19,305 bases of DNA from Chthoniobacteraceae bacterium (GTDB lineage Bacteria > Verrucomicrobiota > Verrucomicrobiia > Chthoniobacterales > Chthoniobacteraceae), in contig JBBCKI010000037.1 of the NCBI GenBank assembly GCA_037190965.1, positions 1 through 19,305 on the forward strand, written 5' to 3'. Within the stretch, counting starts at the first letter, position 1, and each line of letters opens with the position of its first letter. The translations under genes were made by a program, and so were the position numbers. The notes beneath the pieces were generated by a model. The model ran no database searches, was not told where the DNA came from, and saw only the letters and a list, made by a program, of their open reading frames with translations. Positions 1-8,178 of this stretch are shown one piece after another.

Positions 1-2
1 AC

Positions 3-305
3 TACCTCGCGGGCAACTTCCTCATCGGTCTGGAAAGCAACCGCCGGACCGCCGAGCGGCTTCAGGCCATCGACCTCTACGGATTGCCGGAAGATTACTA
101 CAGCACCTATCCCGAACACATCATGGGAGTCACGCCCGAGAAAGGGTTGGAGCTGGCGAAGAAATACATCGACCCGAAGAATCTTGCGGTCGTCGTGGTC
201 GGCAACGCCAAGGAAGTGCTCCCACAGCTTCAGAAGCTCGGGCCTGTGACGGTGTATGATGCTGATCTCAAGCCGGTGAAGACGCCAGAGGCGAAGTCAG
301 AATAG
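3..305 (+). CDS. M16 (insulinase/pitrilysin) family peptidase, C-terminal part, 5'-truncated by the window edge
   Basis: Frame is open from position 3: YLAGNFLIGLESNRRTAERLQAIDLYGLPEDYYSTYPEHIMGVTPEKGLELAKKYIDPKNLAVVVVG, which resembles M16B C-termini (YGLPxDY...VTxE...AKKY...VVVG). Stop TAG ends at 305. Confidence 0.75.
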   Translation, partial: YLAGNFLIGLESNRRTAERLQAIDLYGLPEDYYSTYPEHIMGVTPEKGLELAKKYIDPKNLAVVVVGNAKEVLPQLQKLGPVTVYDADLKPVKTPEAKSE

Positions 306-330
306 CGATAAAAATGGGTGCCGTAGCACC

Positions 331-476
331 GGTAGCCCGCTCTCGCCGAGAGCGCGGGTATCGGCTCTCGTGGCTTCATGAGGGCCGCATCCCAATAACA
401 GCAGCCGGTCCTGCGGGGAAGGGCGTCGAACGCGACTCGTAAACCCATCCCGCTCTCTCGGCGAGAGCGTGCTGCC
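331..476. repeat. REPIN-like element, copy 1: two inverted GTAG-type REP palindromes flanking a ~90-bp conserved spacer
   Basis: Begins GGTAGCCCGCTCTCGCCGAGAGCGCGGG and ends CCCGCTCTCTCGGCGAGAGCGTGCTGCC. Aligns by eye with copies at 3397, 15435 and 19186. Lies between convergent genes. Confidence 0.85.
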
Positions 477-520
477 TCGCCGTCCTGCAAATCGGTCACT
501 TTTCCGCCTTGCCCCCGCCC

Positions 521-2593
521 TTACTCCCCGCGCTCGAAGAAATGCTTGAAGGACCGGAGGACCCGCGACGGCAGCGGGTCCTTCTTCCCCTTCTTTTCTG
601 AAGACTCAGCATCCCGGGAGGCGTCCTTTTTATCCACCGCGGCGTTCATAATGTCGCTCCATACCGGCAGCGCCAGCGTGGCTCCATAGCCGCGCTGCAT
701 GATCTGCGCGGGCTTGTCGAGACCAACCCAGACGCCGCAGGTGAGCGAGCGGGTATAGCCGACAAACCAGGCATCACGGTAGTCGTTGGTCGTCCCGGTC
801 TTGCCCGCCGCCCCACGGCTGAAACCGGAGCTCGCCCCCGTGCCGCGTGACATTGCCTGTTGCAGGGCGTTGGTCACCATCCCGCTCACCTTCGCGCTGA
901 AGACCCGGGTTTCCACCCGGGAGGCCCGATAAATGACCCGCCCGGCGGGATCCTGCACCTGCACGATCACGAAAGGCCGCCGACGAACGCCGCCGCTGGG
1001 GAAGATCGTGTAAGCCGCCGTGATATTCTTGAGGCTCGCCTCGAAGGAGCCGAGATAGATCGAGGGGAGGTTGGGCACCGTCCCCAACCCGACGGTGTCC
1101 GCCAGCTTGCGGACGTTCTCCAGCCCCGCGCGATCCCCCACCCTGGCGCTCATCGTATTGCGCGAAAAGATCAGCCCATCCTCGGCGGGCAGAACGCCGC
1201 GAAAGGTGCCGTCCGAATTGTTGGGCTTCCAATTGGCGGCGTGGCGGATTTCACCGCGCCGGATCGGCCCGTCACTGATCCCCGTCGAAGGGGTTACCGC
1301 CCCGGTCGCGAACGCGGAGGCGTAGACAAACGGTTTGAAAGTAGAACCGACCTGCCGGGGCGAGAGCAACGCGCGGTTGTAGCGGCTCTGAAAGAAATCG
1401 CGCCCGCCGACGACCGCGCGGATTCCGCCCGTCGCGTTGTCGATCACGATGGCGGCCCCTTGAAGATAAGGCGTGAAGGCGGGGCCGTCACCCGGGACAT
1501 AATCGGCCCGCTTGGGATGCGCGTAGCCGGGGCGTTGCTCGATCTTCGTCAACTGGGCATCGAGCGACTCCTGCGCGACGCGCTGCAAATTGGGGTCGAG
1601 CGTCGTAAACACGCGCAACCCGCCCTCGGCAATCTGATCGTCGTCCAGCACAAGGCTCAGTTCCTGTTCCACCATGTCGATGGCGTAATTCTGCTCGGCC
1701 GAGGGCGGGCGTGTGGAGGCAACGACGACCGTCTCGTTTTTCGCGTCGGCCTCCTGCTGGGGGGTGATCATGCCGGTTTGCGTCATCCGTTCGAGCACGG
1801 TGTCGCGCTGGATGATCGAGCCCTCCAGGTTGCGAAACGGCGAGAACCGCTGGGGGCTGCGGATCAAACCGGCCAGCACCGCCGCCTCGGAGAGCGTCAG
1901 CTTCGCGCACGGCTTGTTGAAATACGCGAGGCTGGCGGTTTCGATTCCCCAGTAGCCCGAGCCGAAGTAGATCCGGTTCACGTAGCTTTCCAGGATCTCC
2001 TTCTTTGAAAAATTCATCTCGATCCGCACCGAGACGAACGCTTCGAGAATCTTGCGGTGCAGGTTGCGCCCGCCCAGGGCGAAAGAATTCCTCGCGAGCT
2101 GCTGTGTCAGCGTGCTGGCCCCTTCCCTCGCCCGCCCCCGCATGATATTGCGGACCACCGCCCGCGCGATTCCCAATGGATCGACGCCGTAGTGGCTGTA
2201 GAAACGGGTATCCTCGCGCGCCAGCAGCGCGTTGATGAAAAACGGCGACACCTTTTCAATCGGCACCGTCACGCGATCCTCGCCCGAAAGCCTGCCGAAC
2301 TGCTGCCCGCGATAATCGTAAACCATGGTCCGCTGAGGCATGACCTTGAGCTCCCGCAGATCATAGAGGCAGGCCCAGATGGAATAGACCGTCCCGACGA
2401 AGAGCCCCGCCATCAGGCACAGAAACACGAGCCGCCACTTCCAGTGGAGCTTCAGGATCACCGGCGCTTTCTTTTTGCCCCCGGGAGCGGGCCGTTTGCG
2501 GTTCGCCGTTGCCAGAAGCCTGCGCGCCCGGACTTCCAGACGCTTCCAGGTTCGGGAGCGTCGGGAGGATTTTTGCGTTGGTTTCTGCGGCAC
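521..2593 (-). CDS. Class A penicillin-binding protein (PBP1A family, transglycosylase/transpeptidase)
   Basis: Basic N-tail plus a TM helix. GT51 motifs EDTRFYSHYGVD, GASTLTQQLARN, RKILE, KKEILESYVNRIYFG. Transpeptidase motifs STFK, SRN, KTG. GTG start. Confidence 0.95.
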   Translation of the reverse strand: MPQKPTQKSSRRSRTWKRLEVRARRLLATANRKRPAPGGKKKAPVILKLHWKWRLVFLCLMAGLFVGTVYSIWACLYDLRELKVMPQRTMVYDYRGQQFGRLSGEDRVTVPIEKVSPFFINALLAREDTRFYSHYGVDPLGIARAVVRNIMRGRAREGASTLTQQLARNSFALGGRNLHRKILEAFVSVRIEMNFSKKEILESYVNRIYFGSGYWGIETASLAYFNKPCAKLTLSEAAVLAGLIRSPQRFSPFRNLEGSIIQRDTVLERMTQTGMITPQQEADAKNETVVVASTRPPSAEQNYAIDMVEQELSLVLDDDQIAEGGLRVFTTLDPNLQRVAQESLDAQLTKIEQRPGYAHPKRADYVPGDGPAFTPYLQGAAIVIDNATGGIRAVVGGRDFFQSRYNRALLSPRQVGSTFKPFVYASAFATGAVTPSTGISDGPIRRGEIRHAANWKPNNSDGTFRGVLPAEDGLIFSRNTMSARVGDRAGLENVRKLADTVGLGTVPNLPSIYLGSFEASLKNITAAYTIFPSGGVRRRPFVIVQVQDPAGRVIYRASRVETRVFSAKVSGMVTNALQQAMSRGTGASSGFSRGAAGKTGTTNDYRDAWFVGYTRSLTCGVWVGLDKPAQIMQRGYGATLALPVWSDIMNAAVDKKDASRDAESSEKKGKKDPLPSRVLRSFKHFFERGE

Positions 2594-2599
2594 GAAGGC

Positions 2600-2628
2600 A
2601 ACCTAAGAAAGCAGAGCGCATGAGACAA
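2600..2628 (-). promoter_or_regulatory. Putative sigma70 promoter for the PBP gene (leaderless geometry)
   Basis: Minus strand reads TTGTCT-N17-TAGGTT-N6-GTG start. Confidence 0.55.
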
Positions 2629-2642
2629 CCCGCAAAAATTCG

Positions 2643-2671
2643 CTGCAACGCGTCCGATTGCACGCTATCTC
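2643..2671 (+). promoter_or_regulatory. Putative promoter for trmD (leaderless geometry), back-to-back with the PBP promoter
   Basis: CTGCAA-N17-TATCTC-N6-GTG start; no SD motif. Confidence 0.35.
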
Positions 2672-2677
2672 AAAGCA

Positions 2678-3352
2678 GTGCGAATCGACATTCTGACTCT
2701 TTTTCCCAAAATCTGCGAAGGCGCTCTTGCCGAAAGCATGATGAAACGCGCCCAGGACAAGGGGCTCGCGGTGCTTCGCACCCACAACCTTCGCGACTGG
2801 GCGCCGGGCAGGCACTTCGTCACCGACGACGCCCCCTATGGCGGCGGTCAGGGAATGGTGCTCAAATGCGAACCGATCTTCGCCGCCGTGGAAGCCCTGC
2901 GGACCCCCGAAAGCAAGGTGATCCTCATGTCCCCGGCGGGCCGTCGCTTTTCGCAACCCATCGCCGCCGAATACTCCAGCGAACAACATCTCATTTTCAT
3001 CTGCGGGCATTACGAGGGAATCGACCAACGGGTCATCGACCATCTCGTGGATGAAGAACTCTCCATCGGCGACTACGTGCTCACCAATGGCGCGATTGCC
3101 GCCGCCGTGGTGGCGGATGCCGTGGTGCGCCTCATCCCCGGCGTGCTCGGCGACGAAGCCTCCGCTGCCGACGATTCCTTCCAGCAGGGTCTTCTCGAAT
3201 TTCCGCAATACACCCGCCCGGTCGACTTTCGCGGCTGGCGCGTCCCGGATGTCCTCTTGAGCGGCCACCACGCCGAAATCGCCAAATGGCGGCGGCGAAA
3301 AGCGTTGGAAAAAACGCAACGGGAGCGGCCCGATCTTTTGGCCGGCGGGTGA
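2678..3352 (+). CDS. trmD: tRNA (guanine37-N1)-methyltransferase
   Basis: MRIDILTLFP start; DDAPYGGGQGMV, CGHYEGIDQR, SIGDYVLTNG, LLEFPQYTRP, VPDVLLSGHH motifs. Confidence 0.98.
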   Translation: MRIDILTLFPKICEGALAESMMKRAQDKGLAVLRTHNLRDWAPGRHFVTDDAPYGGGQGMVLKCEPIFAAVEALRTPESKVILMSPAGRRFSQPIAAEYSSEQHLIFICGHYEGIDQRVIDHLVDEELSIGDYVLTNGAIAAAVVADAVVRLIPGVLGDEASAADDSFQQGLLEFPQYTRPVDFRGWRVPDVLLSGHHAEIAKWRRRKALEKTQRERPDLLAGG

Positions 3353-3396
3353 TCTGCGCGGATAAAAAGACTCCGGGCGAACGGTGCGGCCGCCTT

Positions 3397-3544
3397 GGTA
3401 GACCGCTCGCGCCGCGAGCGCGGGATGGGTGTAGGAGTTGCGTTTGATGCCCATCCCCGCAGGACAGGCTTCCGGTTACTGGGATGCCGCCCTTTTGGAG
3501 CCACGAAAGCCGATACCCGCGCTCGCGGCGCGGAGCGTGCTACC
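3397..3544. repeat. REPIN-like element, copy 2 (reverse orientation relative to copy 1)
   Basis: GGTAGACCGCTCGCGCCGCGAGCGCGGGAT...ATACCCGCGCTCGCGGCGCGGAGCGTGCTACC; between convergent trmD and the carboxypeptidase gene. Confidence 0.85.
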
Positions 3545-3608
3545 GGTGCTCCCGCACCTGGCTCACTCACGCTCTATTTAGCGATGAGTTCCTTGAGCTG
3601 ATTCTTTC

Positions 3609-4580
3609 TTACAGCGAAAGCCCCCAAGCCAGCAGGGAGCATGAGTCCTGCCAGACCCGGCGATCATCCCCGAGCACAACGACGATCACTTCCCGGCCAC
3701 GGTTGCTGCCGCTGGAGACGAGGCAATGGCCCGCCGCCATGGTATAACCGGTTTTCATGCCGTTGCAATAAGGGTAGGCGCGCAAGACGCGGTTGGTGTT
3801 CTTGAACTCGCGGGTCCGCCCGTCGACATAGCGAAAGGTCATCTCCTTGACCGAGACCATCTGGCGCAGGGTCGGGTTCTGGTAAACCGCGCGGGCAAGT
3901 TTTGACATATCCCGGGAGGTGGAGAACTGCGTCGGCTCGGTAAGCCCGTTTGGATTGACGAAGTTCGAGTTGAGCATCCCGAGCTGGGCTGCACGCCGGT
4001 TCATCTTTGCGGCAAACGCTTCGATGGATCCGGCATTGTCCCGCGCAAGGGCGCGGGCGACGTCGTTGAAACTCTTGACGAGGAGCACCTGCAGCAGTTG
4101 ACGCCGGGTGTAGACGTCGCCGGGCTTGAGATAGAGCATGACCGGTTCGGTCAGTGTATCGACTTTCTGGATCACCACCGGTTTATCCAGGTTTCCTTCC
4201 TCCACCACAATCAGGGCCGTAAGGAGCTTCTGGGTACTGGCGGGCGAACGACGCTGGTCCGCGTTTTTCTCATGCAGCACACGCCCGGTAAGGGCATCCA
4301 CCACCACCTCGGAGGCAGCCTTGGTTTGCGGAGTCCCGTCGAAGACCGCAGGCACGAGGGCAGGCTCCGGCTTGGGTGCGGTGTTTGGGCGTTTGGCGGG
4401 GCTCGCCTTCTGCGGTGTCTTTTTACTCGGGGAAGCGGAGGTTTTTTTGCCCCCCGCCGTGCTCTTGGAAGAGGTGGTTTTCTTGGGCGTTGGAGCCGCG
4501 TCAGCCGAGAGCGGAGCGAAGGCCACAACGGCGGCGAGCGCGAAGGAGGCCAGGGAGAAGAAAGAGAGGCTACGGTTCAT
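3609..4580 (-). CDS. D-alanyl-D-alanine carboxypeptidase (peptidase S11, DacA-like), secreted, with a Lys/Ser/Pro-rich N-terminal linker
   Basis: Signal peptide; PASTQK (SxxK), SFN (SxN), KTGYT; MNRRAAQLGMLNSNFVNPNGL. Confidence 0.92.
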   Translation of the reverse strand: MNRSLSFFSLASFALAAVVAFAPLSADAAPTPKKTTSSKSTAGGKKTSASPSKKTPQKASPAKRPNTAPKPEPALVPAVFDGTPQTKAASEVVVDALTGRVLHEKNADQRRSPASTQKLLTALIVVEEGNLDKPVVIQKVDTLTEPVMLYLKPGDVYTRRQLLQVLLVKSFNDVARALARDNAGSIEAFAAKMNRRAAQLGMLNSNFVNPNGLTEPTQFSTSRDMSKLARAVYQNPTLRQMVSVKEMTFRYVDGRTREFKNTNRVLRAYPYCNGMKTGYTMAAGHCLVSSGSNRGREVIVVVLGDDRRVWQDSCSLLAWGLSL

Positions 4581-4706
4581 CGATATAACGTCGTCGGAAG
4601 AGCGTTCAGGAATTCGGTGGTCGATAGAAAAACGGCGCTACTATTTCACAGAACCTCCGTCCTGTCCCAACCGTTTTTTATGGGAATCGGATTTTACCCC
4701 CGCGCC

Positions 4707-5435
4707 TCAATCGGCGGTCGGCTTTGCAGCCTCCTCGGTCTTCCCCAGACGCGCCTCAATGACCTCGTCGACCTTGGCGCCAAGGTCGAGCGCGCGCCGG
4801 TAGTGTCGCCGGGCAAGTTCGGTGGCCGGCGGGTTCCTCTGGAGACAGATCACGGCAAGATTGAAGTGCGCGTCGCGTGAGGTTTCATCGAGCTGCAACG
4901 CCCGGTGCAATTCCGCTTCCGCCCCGTCAAGCCACCCCTTGCGGCCAAGGGTCACCCCGAGATATGCGTGGGCCTTGGGGTTGGAAGGCTCGATCAGGAC
5001 GGCCTGGGCCAGCGCGGCAAGGGCGAGATCGAGCTTCCCGGCATCATGAGCCACGACTCCGAGAGTCATCCAGGCCGGAAAATTCTCGGGAGCCAGCCGG
5101 GTTGCCTGCCGCAGCACTTTTTCCGCCTCATCCAAACGGCGGGCCCGATATTCCAGGGAGCCGAGATTGACCAGGGCCTTGAGGTTTTTGGAATCGATCT
5201 CCAACGCTTTCCGGAATTTGAGGCGGCCCGTGTCGAGGGCGCCTTTCTCCAGCGCGGCGATGCCGTCAAAGATCAGCCGGTTGATGTCGAACGCCTTGAT
5301 CTCTTCGGCATCGGGGATCACCGGAGAAGGCACTGCCACGGGTTCTGGTTTTGCCGGTTCTTCCGTCGCGAAAAGGGCGGGCCGTAGCGCCGCCGAAGCC
5401 AGCACCGCCATGAGAATGATTCCTCTCCGCTTCAT
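4707..5435 (-). CDS. Secreted tetratricopeptide-repeat protein
   Basis: Signal peptide then tandem TPR units (ALVNLG...A...P, AWMTLG, AHAYLG, AHFNLA). ATGA overlap with the proC stop (5432-5435). Confidence 0.85.
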   Translation of the reverse strand: MKRRGIILMAVLASAALRPALFATEEPAKPEPVAVPSPVIPDAEEIKAFDINRLIFDGIAALEKGALDTGRLKFRKALEIDSKNLKALVNLGSLEYRARRLDEAEKVLRQATRLAPENFPAWMTLGVVAHDAGKLDLALAALAQAVLIEPSNPKAHAYLGVTLGRKGWLDGAEAELHRALQLDETSRDAHFNLAVICLQRNPPATELARRHYRRALDLGAKVDEVIEARLGKTEEAAKPTAD

Positions 5436-6229
5436 ACGCCAAGCTCCCGCGAACGTTCGGTGGCCGCGCGCACCGCACCGATGAAGGCGGAACGGACCGC
5501 CTCCGCTTCCAGCCGTTCCAGCCCCGCAATCGTAGTACCGGCGGGGCTCGTGACCTGATCTTTCAGGACCGCGGGGTGCAACCCGGTCTCCTGCACCATC
5601 GCCGCCGCCCCCGCGACCGTCTGGGCGGCGAGTTGCAAGGCAAGATCGCGCGGCAGGCCCATTCGCACCCCGCCGTCTGCAAGGGCTTCGATGACGAGGT
5701 AAACGTAAGCCGGGCCGCTACCGCTGAGTCCAGTCACGGCGTCGAGCAACGATTCCTTCACCTCCACCGCCTCCCCGACCGCGGAGAAAATATCCTTCAC
5801 CAACCCGGCATCCTGGGCGGTTGCGGAACTCCCCCGCGCAAACGCCGCCGCGCCCTTGCCAATTAGCGCCGGAGTATTGGGCATGACTCGAATCACGCGG
5901 GCATGGGCACCGGCAGCATCTTCAAGCTGGCGAATCGAAAGCCCGGCGACGATGGAGATCACCGCTTTGCCCGACAGGGCCGATTGCATTCCGCCCAACG
6001 CGTCGAGGGCGTCGGCAGGCTTCACGCACAGCAAGAGCGCATCCGCCCTCGTGGCAAGCTCGCCCTTGTCGGCCACGGGGGTGACGCCGGTTTTTTTTAC
6101 CAGCGCATCAACGGCAGCCGGATGGCAGTCATTGACCAGGAGATCAGCCGCGTCACAAACTTTCGCATCGAGGACGCCTCCAATAAGAGCCGTTGCCATT
6201 TTGCCGCAGCCAAGAAAGCCGAGTTTCAT
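5432..6229 (-). CDS. proC: Pyrroline-5-carboxylate reductase
   Basis: GFLGCGKMA, CVKP, RVMPNTP, TGLSGSGPAY, LKDQVTSPAGTT. Confidence 0.98.
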   Translation of the reverse strand: MKLGFLGCGKMATALIGGVLDAKVCDAADLLVNDCHPAAVDALVKKTGVTPVADKGELATRADALLLCVKPADALDALGGMQSALSGKAVISIVAGLSIRQLEDAAGAHARVIRVMPNTPALIGKGAAAFARGSSATAQDAGLVKDIFSAVGEAVEVKESLLDAVTGLSGSGPAYVYLVIEALADGGVRMGLPRDLALQLAAQTVAGAAAMVQETGLHPAVLKDQVTSPAGTTIAGLERLEAEAVRSAFIGAVRAATERSRELGV

Positions 6230-6236
6230 GGGAAAA

Positions 6237-6264
6237 GAGATAAACGGACAATCGCGGCGATCAA
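6237..6264 (-). promoter_or_regulatory. Putative promoter for proC (leaderless geometry)
   Basis: Minus strand reads TTGATC-N16-TATCTC-N7-ATG. Confidence 0.35.
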
Positions 6265-6389
6265 ATGCAATTTCTCCCGGAATCGTTAAATATTATCTCT
6301 GACGCGATCATCAGGCAAAGGAGCCTATTCTTCGCGAAGGCATTTCACTGATTGACGCCTCACCTTCACTGTGATTCATTCGCCTCCAG

Positions 6390-6740
6390 ATGCGTACCGT
6401 CTGGTCAATCGTCATCATCGCCGTACTGTTGCTTTCCTACGCAGGAAATGCGACCGCCGGCAGCTTGATTGCGGCGGGCTTGATGACTGACCATTGCAGC
6501 TCTCATCTTGCATCGCAAGATGATCACTCATCGAAAGGGTGCAATCACGCACAGGACGCTCAAAAACAGGACGCCGGGCATTGCCACTGTCCCTGCCATA
6601 TTGCTCCCCTGGCTGACGTCGTCCGCCCCACTCTGCAGCTCAGCCCTGGCTCCTGCATTCTATTCGTCGCCAAAGTGGCAGACGAGGCCGCCGAAGAAGG
6701 CCCGGTGATCGGAATCGATCACCCGCCCCAACTCGTTTAA
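6390..6740 (+). CDS. Small secreted His/Cys-rich protein upstream of the metal efflux operon (DUF2946/CzcI-like leader; candidate arrest peptide)
   Basis: Signal peptide, His-rich segment, HCHCPCH motif, C-terminal IDHPPQLV; first gene of the efflux locus; TTGACG at 6352. Confidence 0.7.
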   Translation: MRTVWSIVIIAVLLLSYAGNATAGSLIAAGLMTDHCSSHLASQDDHSSKGCNHAQDAQKQDAGHCHCPCHIAPLADVVRPTLQLSPGSCILFVAKVADEAAEEGPVIGIDHPPQLV

Positions 6741-6892
6741 TCGCCTAGTCACACCCTAAGTGTGCCCTTCTCTCGCGAAGGCTATTCACACTTTCGGGTT
6801 CTTCATGTCGTGATCACACGACACCACCGCGCCATCGCGCTGCCGTGATCCTGCCACGCGCCATCGCCTCGTATTTCTCACTCATCTCTCCC

Positions 6893-8140
6893 ATGAAACC
6901 TATCCCCATCATCCTTATCCTCTTTGCCTCCTCTCTCCACGCCGGAGAAGTGCGCCTGAAGCTCCAGGAGGTTTCGGACTACACCGCCACGCACAATCGC
7001 GACCTGAAGGCGGCAGCCTTCCGGATCGAGGAAGCATGCGGCCGTCTTACTCAGGCAGGGCGGCTTGCCAACCCCGAATTGGGGTTCGAGCACCGCCGTT
7101 CGGTAAATACAAGCGGAAGCTCAACTGAAATCACCCTGGCACAAAAATTCCCGCTGACGGCGCGCCTTCGCCTGGAAAAAGCGGTCTCCCGCGCGCAACT
7201 GGCCGCTGCGGAAGCCGAGTTTCAGGAAGAAAAACGCCAGATTCTCCTGAAGGCAAAAACCGGCGCGGTCAAATGGCTGGCCGTGCAGGATCGCCGTGCA
7301 ATCAATGCAAAGCAGCTCGCCAATAGTCAGGAGTTGACCCAATTCCTCAAGGGCCGGGTCTCCGCGGGAGAAGCGCCCGCCACCGACGCGACGCTGGTTG
7401 AACTGGAGACAAGGCAGCTCGAAAGCGAGCTTTTGCTGTTTGATGTGGAAGCGGCCGCATTGGCCGGAGAGCTGCGTCCCCTCCTGGGAACCCCTCCTGG
7501 AGACTCCGTCGTCATCACCGGTCAATTGGGCGCCCCCAGGCTCGCCAACAGCACCGGCGATCCGAACAATCGGCCCGATCTTCAAGCGGCACGGCACCAG
7601 GCCGAGGCGGCACGAAGAGAGATTGCCCTCGCCCGCTCGAACCGCTGGGAAGATATTTCCGTCGGCCTCATCGCAGAGTCAGGAAGAGAGGAAGATGACC
7701 TGGGCGGATCCCAACGGGATCACCGGCTGGGCTTTCTGGTGAGTGTGCCGCTGCCTCTCTGGAACCGGAATCAGGGCAGGATTCAAGAAACGGCGGCCGC
7801 CGCGCAACGCTCCCAAAAGGAGGTCGACTCACTGGTAGCGAAGATTTCCGCCGAAGTCACCGCTACCCGCAACGAGTTAAAAACTCTCGCGGCGCTGATT
7901 GAGGAGTTCGACACAAAAATCCTTCCCTCCGCCACGCAACTGGAGGAACAACTCCGGGCCAGCTATGGAACCGGACAGACCTCGCTCATCGAGGTGTTGC
8001 GCGCCCGCGACCGGCGGCTGCAATTGGAACGGCAACGTTCCGAAACGCTTCGAGACTATCACCTTGCCAGAGTCCGCGAGGAGGCCGCCACCGGCCGGAT
8101 CCTCGCTGGAACGAACCGCACCTCCCATCCCGGCAAATAA
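6893..8140 (+). CDS. TolC/CzcC-family outer membrane efflux channel
   Basis: ATG at 6893 gives a signal peptide (MKPIPIILILFASSLHA). Motifs LANPEL, NRPDLQAA, VSVPLPLWNRNQG, YGTGQTSLIEVL. Confidence 0.92.
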   Translation: MKPIPIILILFASSLHAGEVRLKLQEVSDYTATHNRDLKAAAFRIEEACGRLTQAGRLANPELGFEHRRSVNTSGSSTEITLAQKFPLTARLRLEKAVSRAQLAAAEAEFQEEKRQILLKAKTGAVKWLAVQDRRAINAKQLANSQELTQFLKGRVSAGEAPATDATLVELETRQLESELLLFDVEAAALAGELRPLLGTPPGDSVVITGQLGAPRLANSTGDPNNRPDLQAARHQAEAARREIALARSNRWEDISVGLIAESGREEDDLGGSQRDHRLGFLVSVPLPLWNRNQGRIQETAAAAQRSQKEVDSLVAKISAEVTATRNELKTLAALIEEFDTKILPSATQLEEQLRASYGTGQTSLIEVLRARDRRLQLERQRSETLRDYHLARVREEAATGRILAGTNRTSHPGK

Positions 8141-8178
8141 GCCTAATGGATCATCAGGTCTTTCTCCGCTCAGCTCAA

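Noticed and set aside
230..3601. Short ORFs 230-499 and 3395-3601 with similar peptides (RRE.GMG..VAFDA.PRRTG)
   Set aside because: The similarity comes from the DNA repeat they cross; indels among copies break the frame, so there is no conserved coding signal.
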